From the NCBI RefSeq assembly GCF_006345805.1, contig NC_043003.1, positions 94,674,001 through 94,738,000 on the forward strand: 64,000 bases of DNA, written 5' to 3'. Made by a program: the position numbers and the translations under genes. Source of the DNA: Octopus sinensis. Taxonomy: Eukaryota. Below are positions 37,856 to 49,976 of the stretch, piece after piece. Under the pieces are notes generated by a model that was not told the origin of the DNA, did no database searches, and saw only the letters and a list, made by a program, of their open reading frames with translations. Every line of letters begins with the position of its first letter. Within the stretch, counting starts at the first letter, position 1.

Positions 37856-38499
37856 TCTGAGAAAGTAACATTCTTCTACTGCTCTAGGGACCAATTCTGT
37901 AGGTTTTTACTCCACTCTAAATGCTTTGCAATGTTTGCTTTTGAAAGTAGTGGTTTTCTGATTGCAGCCCACCTGTGAAATCCAGCTTTGTGCAGCTCCC
38001 GGCGAAGAGCTTTTGTGTAAACTGGATTTTCAAGGTGGTCATTAAGCTCTGCAGTAATTTTGGGAGCTGTACTTTTGTGATCCTTTCTAACAATTCAAGT
38101 AAGAGTCTGACCATCCCTATCTGAAAGTTTTGGTTTTCTTTCAGAGTTTTGTTTCAATGAGGAAGTTTTTCCTTCATTCTCAAAGGCTATCATTACTTTC
38201 AAGACAGTATTTCTTCATACACCAAACATTTCAGCTGCTTTCATTACGGTAGCACCTGCCGTAAGTGTACCAACAATTTGACCACTTTGAAAGTTTGACA
38301 GATCTGTCATTTTAATGAATTTTAATTACCTTTTTCTGATGATACCTGAAAAGAAACAGCAATTTTAACAAAACATATTAAGCAGCACTAATAATAAATC
38401 AAAAAGCATAAAAATAAACAAGCTTTTGAAGGTTTGATAGATATTTCAAAATTATGATGCTACGATGCGAGGTGTTTCCATTATTTTGTCCAACCTCTG
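37856..38499 (-). mobile_element. 5' half of a Tc1-like transposon: TIR plus N-terminal transposase pseudogene
   Basis: Minus-strand end TA|cagaggttggacaaaataatggaaacacc. From ATG at 38310: MTDLSNFQSGQIVG...GV*RNTV...RKPKLSDRD...ITAELN...RRELHKAGFH...IRKPLLSKAN...LEWSK...WS...KNVTFSD, with stops. Confidence 0.85.
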
Positions 38500-38834
38500 T
38501 ATATATGTGTATGTATGTATATATAAAGGTACTTTACAAAAGTATGAAGTAACTCTTCATATTAATGTAACATTATATTTATTGCAACTGAACATAAAAA
38601 CAAATATTGATATAAACATGTGTGCATGTGCATGCATATGTATGCATATATGTGTATATGTGTGTCTACATTTGTATATATGTATGTATAGTTTCTACGT
38701 AAAAAGCTTGCTTTGGAATCACTTGATTAGGGTTTCAGTCCCACTACATGAGTGTACAAACACAAACATATACACATATATGCACACACACACACACACA
38801 TACATATATATTTTGTGTGTGTATATATATATAT

Positions 38835-39025
38835 ATAAATTTTTTTTTTTATTTCCTCTGTCTTCCCTTCCTTGAAGCTTTCCTTTTTCTATGTATCTGA
38901 CGAAGAGCTCCGCTCGAAACGTTAAATCCTCCTTCTTTCTTTCCTTTCCTGAGCGTCCAATAACACTATATTTGTTCCACATCATCGCATTGCTGTGTTT
39001 TCTCTTTGTGTTTTCATGTTTGGAT
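38835..39025 (+). mobile_element. Penelope-like pLTR fragment between (TA)n tracts
   Basis: Contains a hammerhead-type core (next feature); its layout is similar to 29075-29220. Confidence 0.6.
38897..38923 (+). ncRNA. Minimal type I hammerhead ribozyme core of the Penelope-associated kind; helix I weak in this copy
   Basis: CUGACGA-A-GAGC(UCC)GCUC-GAAAC-GUU gives the conserved core, a 4-bp helix II and a palindromic minimal helix III. Confidence 0.55.
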
Positions 39026-39044
39026 TAACTTTATATATATATAC

Positions 39045-39091
<47 letters not shown>

Positions 39092-39469
39092 ATACGCAAA
39101 CACGCACACATACACACACACACACATATATATATATAGAGATGAATGAAATATGTGTATGTATATACACATATACATACACATACACATATATGCCATG
39201 CCAGCAGGCAGTATACTCTAAATACTTCTTATGCAGGAAATGAGACAACAATGGCCTCCATAGGCAGGCAACTTTTCTTGAGGATTCTCATGCAAGCTAT
39301 TGTCAAGATTTTGCAGATATCAGAATCAATATAATTGCCACCTTTTGTTTTTCAATGTCTGAACTTGGTGGATAAGATTGATGAAGAAATAATGTCTAGA
39401 GTATATGTGAAGATACACTGCATATCATCATCATTATCATTGTCAACATCATCGTCAACATCATCGTCA

Positions 39470-39995
39470 TTGTCGTCATCATTGTCATCATCATCATCAT
39501 CATCATCATCATTTAACTTTCATTTTCCATGTTAGCATGGGTTGGAGAGTTCAGCAGAAGCTGACGAGCCAGAGTGCTACACCAGGCTACATTTGTCTGT
39601 TTTGGCATAGTTTCTATAGCTGGATGCTCTTCTTATTGATAACCACTTAGCAGAGTGTACTGGCTGCTTTTTATGTGGCACCAGCATCAGTCCTTATTAC
39701 GTGGCACCAGCATCAGTCCTTATTATGTGGCACCAGCATCGGTCCTTATTATGTGGCACCAGCATTGGCCCTTATTATGTGGCCCCGGCATCAATGCTTT
39801 TTATGTGGTACAAGCACAGATGGGACCAGCATTGGTCCTTATTATGTGATCCCAGCATTAATGCTTTTTATGTGGTACAAGCACAGATGGGACCAGCATT
39901 GGTCCTTATTATGTGACCCCAGCATTAATGCTTTTTATGTGGCACTAGCACAGATGTTTTTTACATGGTGCCAGCAGGGTTGCCAGGTAGCTTGC
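39470..39995 (-). mobile_element. RTE-type 3' tail copy with internal 26-bp and 67-bp tandem repeats
   Basis: (cat)n tail and canonical UTR start. gtggc units at 39675, 39701, 39727, 39753 and 39779 (period 26); aatgcttttt at 39793, 39860 and 39927 (period 67). Confidence 0.75.
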
Positions 39996-41199
39996 AAGGC
40001 AAAGACCTCTCAGCTGAGTGAGAGAGAAAGAGAGAGTGGATCTGAGGAAAGTGGTTGTGAGTGAGATGAGAGGGTAGAGTATAATAGAGGGACAGAGATA
40101 GTTGTCTAACTATAGAGGGTATGCTTGGCTACACCAGTGGGACAGGGGAGGAGAGGAAGAGGAGAGGAAGAGGAGAAAGAGTTAGAGAAAGATAGAGACA
40201 GTCAGAGGGAGAAAGATAAAAATGGACAGATGGAGATGTAATGTGGGTCTGTCTATTGGGAACAATAGGGGGGGGTATAAATAGTACCAAGGGGATAGAG
40301 GGCAATGTTCCATAAGAGTGTGAGGAGAGATGTTTAGAGATAGGGAAGAGATAGCTGTAGCAAGTAACAGTGAGAGAAAATGGAGTGGCTGAGAAGGGGG
40401 TGTGCTAGATATGTTGGAACATTGAGAGAGCACAGATAGGTACATGAGGGAGAGTGGAGAGTAATGTAGCTGCTATTTCTACCGTGCAAAGTAACCACAA
40501 AGAGGCTCCATCATTGGCTCATAATTACAAATCTATTAGCAAGAATATATAATCAGTAGCTCTTAAGATCAAAGGTCCCTTCTGAACTATAGACTCATTA
40601 GGCTGGTTTCCAAGATTCTGTGGTGTAAATATTTCCTCCAGGATGGGACACCAGTTCATCACAGGTTTACTCACTTTTGTCAGCTGAGTAGACTAGAACA
40701 ACATGAAAGAACAAAATGTTTTGCTCAAGAACAATGTATTGTCTGATCCAGGAATCAAAACCTTAATCTTACAATCATGAGGACAAACACCCCAACCACT
40801 AAGCCATTATACATCCACATATATTCTTACTCCAGTATCCAGAAGGGTTTTAACAAGTCTTCCGAAATATTATAGATACATACATATATATATATATATA
40901 TATAGATATATATATATATATTATATATATATATAAAACAGACACATAAAAAATAAAGAACAATAAATCAAAATATGAAAAAATATTTATTAATTTCAGT
41001 GAGTAGAAAAAAAAATTAGAACATAGCAGAATCAATTTCTCCTTAAGAGTATAATTTCCTGATTAAATATTTAATTATCTATGAAAATATATTCTGAATA
41101 AAATATGAAGAAAAAAAAATTTTATTTTAGTTTTCTTTTACTTTGTTTTATTTATTTTTTTGCACATATTCACTTCATAGCAATATACATATATATATA

Positions 41200-41291
<92 letters not shown>

Positions 41292-41574
41292 GTATGTATG
41301 TATGTATGTTGTATGTATGTATGTATGTATGTATGTATGTATGTATGCATGCATGTATGTATGTATGTACAAATGACAAACAAAAAATCATGGTTTAAGG
41401 TAATCAAATATTTATGGGAGTTTTCTTTTTTTCATCCATATATATTTCATTGGAACTGTGTAAAAGTGTGAGCTTCATCTTGGGATTCAATTCATTAAAT
41501 CACAAATAATTGCTGCTTAATCATCATGATCAATAACAACAGCCAAAACAATTTCATTATTATTCTCATCCCTT

Positions 41575-41751
41575 TTAACATCATCATCATCATCATCATC
41601 ATTGTTATCATCACTACCACTGCCATCATGGTTCTCATCATCATTTTCATCGTCATCACAATTACCATCATCCTCATCTCCATCATCATCATCAGTGTCG
41701 TTGTCATCATCATCATCATCATCATCAGTGTCACCATCATCATCAGTGTCG

Positions 41752-41782
<31 letters not shown>

Positions 41783-41860
41783 TTCTGCTGTTGCCACCAC
41801 TACCACCATCACTTCCACCACCACAATCTCTACTATCATCATTATCATCATCATCAACAA
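41575..41860 (+). repeat. Degenerate (CAT)n trinucleotide repeat
   Basis: Direct reading. Confidence 0.95.
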
Positions 41861-42073
41861 CTGCTGCCAGCACCATTCTCCTCTTCCTCCATACAGTTGC
41901 TATCCATATGTTATCACAATTGTCAACTGTTTTGTGTAACCATATGATAAAATTTTTGAAGATAACATAAATATCATATCACACATGCAAATCTACACTC
42001 TATTTATAGATAGATAGATAAATAGCTAGATAGGCAGTGTAAAGGCCAGTCCCTCCAGTGGTATAAAGCACAC

Positions 42074-42357
42074 AAGGCAGTGAGCTTGCAGAAATGTTAG
42101 CACACCGGGCGAGATGCATAGCCGTATTTCGTCTGCCATTATGTTGTGAGTTCAAATTCCGCTGAGGTCGACTTTGCCTTTCATCCTTTCGGGATCGATA
42201 AATTAAGTACCAGTTATGCACTGGGGTCGATGTAATTGACTTAATCCCTTTGTCTGTCTTTGTTTGTCCCCTCTATGTTTAGCCCCTTGTGGGTAGTAAA
42301 GAAATAGGTATTTCGTCTACTGCTACGTTCTGAGTTCAAATTCCACCGAGGTCGACT
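42074..42357 (+). mobile_element. SINE family B dimer, second unit truncated
   Basis: Same tail-to-head junction aaagaaata|ggtatttc at about 42306. Confidence 0.85.
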
Positions 42358-42451
42358 CTCAAGAGGTCCTCCGCCCTTTGACGGGCTTTGTTTTTCATCC
42401 AGCAGGGTGTCCAATAAACACCCTCCTCACCAAGCTAGCTTGGTGGGTTTG

Positions 42452-42529
42452 CCAGTTTAGTCGCCAACGATCCGACCATGCAACAAGTTGTACTGGGTTA
42501 CATGTTACCAGTAGCACTCGAAAGTGACC
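42452..42529 (-). ncRNA. Candidate degenerate HDV-like ribozyme at the 5' end of a retroelement UTR fragment (42358-42533)
   Basis: Minus strand: P1 GGUCAC/AUGGUC (partial), P2 CCAGU/ACUGG, P1.1 GG, P4 UCG-UUGG-CGA and J4/2 CUAA appear in the correct order. P3/L3 are degenerate. Confidence 0.4.
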
Positions 42530-43033
42530 TGACATTTTCGCATCTAGTAGTGGATTCCATTGTACGAAAGAAGATTAGATCTCGGTAAACCATACATACA
42601 TATATAAAAATGCTTAATATATAGAAATGTATTACAAGCCTTAATTTTCATTTCTGATTGAGAATCTTTATTTATAGCAGAACAATTCTTTGAAATGACA
42701 GGAACATCATAATTCTTCAGTAGCATTACCCTTATTAGTCTAAAACATTGTGTCTGATCAATAAAACATTGATTATGGTTTCCAATATTCAGGAATCAAA
42801 GATAACTCTTCAACCAAATTGTTCCACTATTTTCACATCTAGTAGTGGATTCCATTGTACAAAAGAAGATTAGATCTCGGTAAACCATAGAAATGACTTA
42901 GTTTTTATTAGTGGCTGAAACCAATTTTTTCTTTTACTTATTATTAATATTATCATTAAAGGCAAAGTTGAGCTTGGTGGTCAACTTTCATCCTTTCATC
43001 CTTTCTGAATAAACAAAATAAGTTTCACTTGAA

Positions 43034-43497
43034 CATCATCATCATCATCACTTAACGTCCGTTTTCCATGCTAGCATGGGTAGATGGTTCGACCGGGGTC
43101 TGGTAAGCCATGGGGGCTGCACCAGGCTCTAGTCTGATTTGGCAGTGTTTCTACAGCTGGATTCTACGCCAACCACTCCGTGAGTGTAGTGAGTGTTTTT
43201 TACGTGCCTCTGGCACAGGAGCCAGAGCAGGCTGGCAAATGGCCACGATCGGTTGGTGCTTTTACGTGTCACCGGCACGGATGCCAGTAAGGCGACGCTA
43301 GTAACTGCCACGCTCGAATGGTGCTTTTTACGTGTCACCAGCACGGGTGTCTTAACTACAATTTCCATTTGAATTTTTTGATGTTGACGAACTTGACTCA
43401 ACAGGTCTCCACAAGAACAGCGGGTCACTCTACGATCCAAGGTTAGCACAGCAGGCTGTCCTGCGAGCATGAACTCACTTCATTTGTCGGGTCTTCG
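43034..43497 (-). mobile_element. Long RTE-LINE 3' UTR copy
   Basis: (cat)n tail and three aaaagcacc-type units. The upstream part cttgactcaacaggtct matches agacctgttgagtcaag directly after the RTE ORF at 7415. Confidence 0.85.
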
Positions 43498-44595
43498 AGA
43501 CAATTTAATTGACTTAGCCCCTACCCCAAAATTACTGGCCTTGTGCTAAAATTTGAAACATTATTAATGTCCATGTGTAACAAGCAAGCTGGCTGAATCT
43601 TTAACATGCCAGATGAAATGTTTAAAAGTACTTTATCAGTCATTACATTCTGAGTTCAAATTCTGCTGAAGTTGACTTTACCTTTCAGTGTTTCCCGCTC
43701 GATAAAATAAGTACCAGCTGAGCATTGGAATCAATGTAATTGACTTACCCACTGCTCTGAAGTTGCTGGTCTTGTACTAAACTTTGAAACCAATATTATT
43801 AAAGGTAAAATCAACTGCGCTGGTCGACTTTACTTTTCATCCTTTCTGGATAGATGAAATGGGTATCTTATTGAGCACTGGGGTTGATGTAACTGACTTC
43901 CCCACTAGCCCTGAAATTACTGGCTTTGTACCAAAATTCAAAACCTGTATTAATGTCCATGAGTAAGGCGGTGAGCTGACAGAATCAATACCAGAAACAT
44001 TAGCACGCCGGGCGAAATGCTTAGCGGTATTCCATCTGCCGCTAAGTTCTGAGTTGAAATTCTGCTGAGGTCGACTTTGCCTTTCATCCTTTCAGGGTCG
44101 ATTAAATAAGTACCAGTTACGCACTGGGGTCGATATAATCGACTTAATCCGTTTGTCTGTCCTTGTTTGTCCTCTCTGTGTTTAGCCCCTTGTGGGTAGT
44201 GAAGAAATAGGTATTTCATCTGCCGCTACATTCTGAGTTAAAATTCTGCCGAGGTCAACTTTGCTTTTCATCCTTTCGGGGTCGATTAAATAAGTACTAG
44301 TTATGCATTGGGGTCGATATAATCGACTTAATCCGTTTTTCTGTCCTTGTTTGTCCCCTCTGTGTGTAGCCCCTTGTGGGCAGTAAAGAAATAAGAATCA
44401 ATGCTACATTGGGCAAAATGCTTATTGGCACTTCATTCATTTTTACATTCTGAGTTCAAATTCCACCAAGGTTGACTTTACCTTTCATCCTTTCAGGGTT
44501 GATAAAATAAGTATAAGTTAAGCACCAGAATCAATTTAATTACTTAACCCCTTCCCCAAACCTGCTGTTCTTGTGCTAAAATTTGAAACCATTAT
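43498..44595 (+). mobile_element. Head-to-tail cluster of about six SINE family B units
   Basis: The central tttcatcc domain or tail recurs at about 43500, 43680, 43835, 44080, 44265 and 44480, all on the same strand. Confidence 0.85.
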
Positions 44596-46134
44596 TAATG
44601 TCTGCAAGAGAGATGTCATAAATATAGACTTGTTCATCATTATTTTCTTATGTATGATAGTCATTCATTGGGATAGTCATACTAGACATTCAGGTGGTCA
44701 GCAACCACCAATGGTTTCTGTCCTCAATCACACACAGAACAACTACAAAATTGAAACCTGTCGGGCCCTTGATGCAGCTGGTCCAAGATTTTCCTTGTCT
44801 GCTTCTTCTTCTTTGTTCTAAGGTAACTCTGCCCTATAACAGCTGTCCCCAACCATTTTTTGGTACCATGGACAAGTTTCATGCAACACAATTTTTCCAA
44901 GGACTGGGGAATCAAAATGGTGTTTATAATATATAAATTAATTATTGCATATATATTACATCATCATTGACATTTAATGTCTGCTTTCTATGCTGACATT
45001 GGTTGGATAGCTTGACTGGAATTAGTAAAATCAGGAGCTGCACCAGTTTCCATAATTTGTTTTGGCTTGGTTTCTACAGTTGGGTGCTCTTCCGAACCTC
45101 AACTACTTTGCAGAGTATTCTGGGTGCTTTTTACATGGACTAATTAAGAATATACTATTCTACATTACCATTATATAGCAGGTAGTTTTCTATATAGCCT
45201 ACTTATTATTGTTGTTGTTGTTGTTGATATTAATGTTGTTTAACTCAAGGCAGTCATGATCAGTAGTGTTCTAGCCATGACTTTCCCATCTTTTGGTATA
45301 TCTATGGATACATTCAGGGCTTTTAAGTCAGTGTATGGGCTGTAGAGTCAAGGAACCCCTTCTACATCAGACAAAAATCTGAGAGCCCTATCTTCATTGA
45401 ATTTTAAAAGGTCACTCATTCAGCAGGCCCAAAATCAGCCTTATTCTATCTTGTAAATTTCCTGTCAATAGCTTTGACTATAATGTCTACAGTGTCCTTC
45501 CTTCTTTAAAAGGTAAGGTGTAATTTGAGAAAGATTTAGCTGCTATATTTAGCAGTCCAAAACAGCGATTAAGGTTTCATGTGTTTCTGTGACATCACCT
45601 TAAACTTAATGTATATAACATCCTTATTTGAAATTTTGTTAGCTGTATTATTTGAATTTAAAAACCACTTGTCATTCTTAACTACTGTCCGTCAAACCCC
45701 AGAATGTCATGACACCCTGGTTGAAAAACTACTGATATAAATGTTCTTTCGTTGGCTCATCACATTTCTAGCACTTTAATTGGTAAAGATAGTTAAAAGC
45801 AATGTCCTGTTTCAATATAAATATAGAAATCTCCTGTTTTATCCTGTAAATCCCAACTAGAATTAAAGATAAACTTTGCCAGGGAATGCAGCATTAACAA
45901 TTTCAAAGAACTTAAACGTTGCAAGATAACAAGACTAACAATGCTATTAAGGAATTAAGATCCTGATCACTCAGATACATACCATCTGTCATTTTATTTT
46001 GTTAGCTATCTCCTGGTTTTCTACGGTACAAATATATCCTTCTTAGTCTGCTGTGATACATCTGTCAAAGATACAGAAGAAATTAATTCCCATATATATA
46101 TATGTATGCATACATACATACATACATACATACA

Positions 46135-46166
<32 letters not shown>

Positions 46167-46206
46167 CACATACATACATACATATATATATATACACACA
46201 AACATT

Positions 46207-46243
<37 letters not shown>

Positions 46244-46448
46244 TAAAAAAATATATGTATATATGTGTGTGTATGTATGTATGAATGCATGTATGTATAT
46301 GGTGGGGTTGTACTTGTGTACATTTGTGTTTGTATGTGAATGTTACATAGTGGGTACTTTCTATTCAACTTTGGATATTTCTGTTATCACCAACAGTTTA
46401 TCCATATATAAATATATATATATATATTATATATATATATATATATAT

Positions 46449-47660
46449 ATGAGGTCATCCCATAAGTTCTGTCCAAATTTTGAATAAAGAAAACAAGTGA
46501 TCAAATGTTATATTTAATTGAAATTTAATCATCAGTGTACTTTCCCTGGTTATCTATGACATCCTTCAATCTATTTGCAACCTTTTTAATCCTATCAATG
46601 TAAAACTCTTTTGGTTTCAAAACGAATAACTGTGAAATGTCAGTTTCGACCTCCTCCTGGATTGCGAAAGTTATGTCCCCCAAATGATTCTGTAAACTAT
46701 GAAATAAATGATAGTTTGAAGGAGCAAGGTCGGGAGAATAATATGGATGAGGAATTTTTTCCCAACCAAGCTCTTCAATCTTCTGTGATGTGATCTTTGC
46801 AGTGTGGGGTCGCATATTGTCCTGATGAAACATCACTCCTTTTTGATTCGCTAAAGCGGGGTTTTTTTTTCTTCAAAGCTTTGTTCAAACACTCTAGTTG
46901 CTGACAGTAGACTTGAGCATTGATTGTTGCATTAGGTGGCAACAATTCAAAGTGAATTACTCCTTTGCAATCCCACCAGATAGAGAGAAGAACCTTTTTT
47001 CCCATGAAGTTCCCTTCTCGGTTGTAATTGAGCATTTTCCCTTTTACCAAACCACTGTTTACGATGTTTAACATTTCAATAGAAGATCCATTTTACGCCA
47101 CCAGTCACAAGTCTATCCAAAAAGGGTGAAATGAGTTTGCGAGAATGGAGAGAAGAGCAGATGTCAACTCGGGATTTTCAGTTGCTTTCAGACAATTCCT
47201 GTGCCACCCATTTTCCAAGATTAGGAACCTTTTCAAGTTGTTGAAGATGACAATGAATGGTTGTATGGTTTGAAATAAGCTTTATTGTCAATTCTTCAAC
47301 TGATATTGCAGGATTTTCTTCAAGAAATGCCTCAAGGAGCTTATCATCAAACTCAACTGGATGTCCTGTTCGATCTTCATCTTCAAGTCTGAAGTCTCCA
47401 CTTCAGAATTTTGCAAACCATCTTCTGCAAGTTCTTTCATTCAAGCATTCTTTCCCATAAACTGAGTGTATGTTTCGAGTCGCTTCAGCTGCAGAGTTTC
47501 CTTTTTCGTAGTCATAAAGCATTATGCGCCTCAAATGCTCTTTGGATACTTCCATGTTAGAAAGAGTTTTAATCAAAGTAAGTTTAATTCTATTATTCAG
47601 TAAAATAATATTTGATTAGTTTAAATATACACAAATGCATAAAAATAATGATCTATAATA
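46449..47660 (-). mobile_element. Mariner-family transposon relic
   Basis: Contains a mariner transposase pseudogene. A putative 3' TIR tgaggtcatcccataagttctgtcc abuts (TA)n; no matching TIR was found at the other end. Confidence 0.85.
46525..47555 (-). pseudogene. Mariner transposase pseudogene (D,D34D type)
   Basis: MEVSKEHLR..MLYDYEKG..AAEATRNI...WFAKF*SGDFRLED, WVAQEL (WVPHEL), FLDRLVTGGVKW, LLSIWWDCKGVIHFELL, FHQDNMRPH, HPYYSPDLAPSNYHLF. Multiple stops and frameshifts. Confidence 0.92.
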
Positions 47661-47710
47661 TGTATGTATATTATTATGTTTGTGTGTGTGCATATACATA
47701 TATATACCAT

Positions 47711-48046
47711 TCAAGCATGATCGTTACCTGCGTTGCCTTTTACTGGCACTTGTGCTGGTGGCACGTAAAAAAACATTTGAGCAAGGTCGTTGCCAGTGCC
47801 ACTGGACTGGCTCCTGTGCAGGTGGCACATAAAAAGCACCATTTGAGCGTGGCCATTGCCAGTACCGCCTGACTGGCCCTCGTGCAGGTGGCACGTAAAA
47901 GCACCCACTACACTCTCTGAGCATCCAGCTGTAGAAACTCTGCCAGATCAGATTGGAGTCAGGTGCAGCCATCTAGTTCGCCAGACCTCAGTTAAATCAT
48001 CCAACCCATTCCAGCATGGAAAGCGGATGTTAAATGATGATGATGA

Positions 48047-48049
<3 letters not shown>
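47711..48049 (+). mobile_element. RTE-type 3' tail copy
   Basis: Three gtggcacgtaaaa units, then the canonical tail and (gat)n. Confidence 0.8.
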
Positions 48050-48078
<29 letters not shown>

Positions 48079-48591
48079 CATTTCATAGCTAGCCTTGATG
48101 GACTTCAGCCATGTCCCTGCCATATTCTTGGGATATTCTTTTGTTTGTAAAATTACAATTCCTCTGATGATTACAGTTTTTTGTAATGAAGTAATGTTCT
48201 ATTTCTTCTATTAAAAAATGCATAAGAATCAGTTGTAATGAGCTGACAATTATCCATCATCTATATGGACAATTATCCATATATATATATGTGTGTATGT
48301 ATGTATGTATGCATGCATGCATGTATATTATATTTGCATTCTCTTAACACCGTTTAGCTGCTAACTGTGAGTCATATAGAAACAATCAGCTTATTGAGAT
48401 TCCTCATATCTTTGATACGGAAAAAGTGTCTAACTTACAGTCTTAATAAATTTCTATTTTATCATATACTGTCAACTCTATGCTGTGATTATTGACTTTA
48501 GAGAGCCTCTGAAGCCAATAAGGTACAGCCCGTTTTTTCCATACCAAATCAATGAAGAATAGTTGATGTTCTGAAGGCAACCTTTACTTAC

Positions 48592-48704
48592 TTTGTCAAC
48601 TCAAATAAAAATGGTAATTTCACCATAATAGGATTCAAGTTCAAAGAATAGGAAAAAGAACCAGTCATCTCTGCCAAACTGGCATTGTTTGGAACTGCTA
48701 ATAT
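48592..48704 (-). other. Candidate 113-nt spliced exon
   Basis: Acceptor ctactgttcttgcag| and donor AAA|gtaagt in non-repetitive sequence. One frame is open (ILAVPNNASLAEMTGSFSYSLNLNPIMVKLPFLFELT); no homology recognised. Confidence 0.25.
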
Positions 48705-49257
48705 CTGCAAGAACAGTAGTTTTTGTCTAAAATGTTAAGCGTAGTGGAAAGACAGATTATTTTTAAAGACTGTAGTCATTGTCATTTAGTTTCAAGCTAG
48801 CCTTCATCTGGGAGACTTATAATCGAAGACATTCCTACAATGACCATCCTGCTTTATGTTTTTCAGACAATATCTCTAGGACCACATTATTACTTTTGCT
48901 CTTTTAACCCCCCCGTCGTTACTGACCATCCTTCTGGTAAAATACACTTTCTTTGTTTCAGCTCATTTTGAAAATAATGGAATTTAGTAAAATAACATTG
49001 GTGGATGGAATGCAAATCAATATGCAATATGCAATTTAGAGTGATTTAGATCACTCTAAAACAGCAAGTTTGTATCACAGAACTAGAAACTGATTGAAAT
49101 AGCTTGGTACCAAAACGGCACTAGATTTGAAAGAGGTGTAGCTGCTATTTCTAGCAGGCCACATGATCATCAAGGTTTTCTTGATGACATTTCAAGCACT
49201 GGGACTTATTGTTTTTGTCTTTTGAATATGTGTCCCTAATCTTGCGGGCTCATAGGC

Positions 49258-49490
49258 ATTGGTGCCACGTTAGAAGCACCTGTGCCAGTACTGCGCAAAA
49301 AGCACCCACTACTCATTGTAAAGTGGTTGGCATGAGGAAGGGCACCCGACTATAGAAACGATGCCGAAACAGACATGGAGCCTGAACAGCCCTTCAGTTG
49401 GTCAGCTTCTGTCAAACCATCCAACCCATGCCAGCATGGAAAACGGACATTAAATGATGATGATGATGATGATGATGATGATAATGATGA
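49258..49490 (+). mobile_element. RTE-type 3' tail copy
   Basis: aaaagcacccactac...ggaagggcacc...catggaaaacggacattaaatgatgatg. Confidence 0.75.
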
Positions 49491-49589
49491 TGTTTGTATC
49501 CCGGTGGAATTAAACATGTATATTTCTGTCTATATATATTTAAATGTACACTTAACAGAAATTTTCCTATCTATGAATATATTTACATA

Positions 49590-49976
49590 TCTTAATATAT
49601 AAAAGTGAGGTTGTGTGCTGTCTGTCTCCTACGATTTAGATTCCTAACTACTCCCACATTTTGCAGTGCAGTTTAACCAAAACCGGGTATCTTATAGTCG
49701 TGATTCATATCGAGCCCTTTTGGGTATTAGCGCGCGTCTATGATGAGTCTACGATTTAAAAAAAAATTTACCATCAATTTTTCCCATTTTTAATGCATTT
49801 TTGGCATATATAAGGGAAGTATTATTATTAAATCTCAGAATGTAAAAAGCTACAGTAACACCCCCCGCTCCTTTGTGGTTAGCCATATTGAGATGGCTAT
49901 TATACTTTACATCTCTAAAAATGCTTATATAGTTATTTCCCTCACAAACCCGAGCAACGCCGGGCGATACTGCTAG
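49590..49976 (+). mobile_element. Non-autonomous Helitron
   Basis: 5' A|TCTTAATATATAAAAG, and a 3' GC hairpin cccgagcaacgccggg followed by CTAG|T (49973-49976). Confidence 0.8.

Noticed and set aside
38318-38365. 17-nt exon-like unit (ttttcag|GTATCATCAGAAAAAAG|gtaatt, minus strand)
   Set aside because: It lies inside the Tc1 element between the TIR and the ATG, so it is not evidence of a host gene.
39670-39950. Second CRISPR-like array
   Set aside because: Tandem 26/67-bp repeats without spacers.
44690-44830. RKILDQLHQG motif resembling a Gypsy integrase zinc-binding region, and a possible plus-strand exon
   Set aside because: Too short, with no flanking pol motifs and weak splice sites.
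44840-45734. Possible hAT element defined by cagctgtccccaac and gttgaaaaactactg ends
   Set aside because: The flanks (ccctataa vs atataaat) do not form an 8-bp TSD; they are probably unrelated terminal fragments.
46525-47555. SETMAR-like host gene
   Set aside because: No SET domain, and the mariner ORF has multiple stops.
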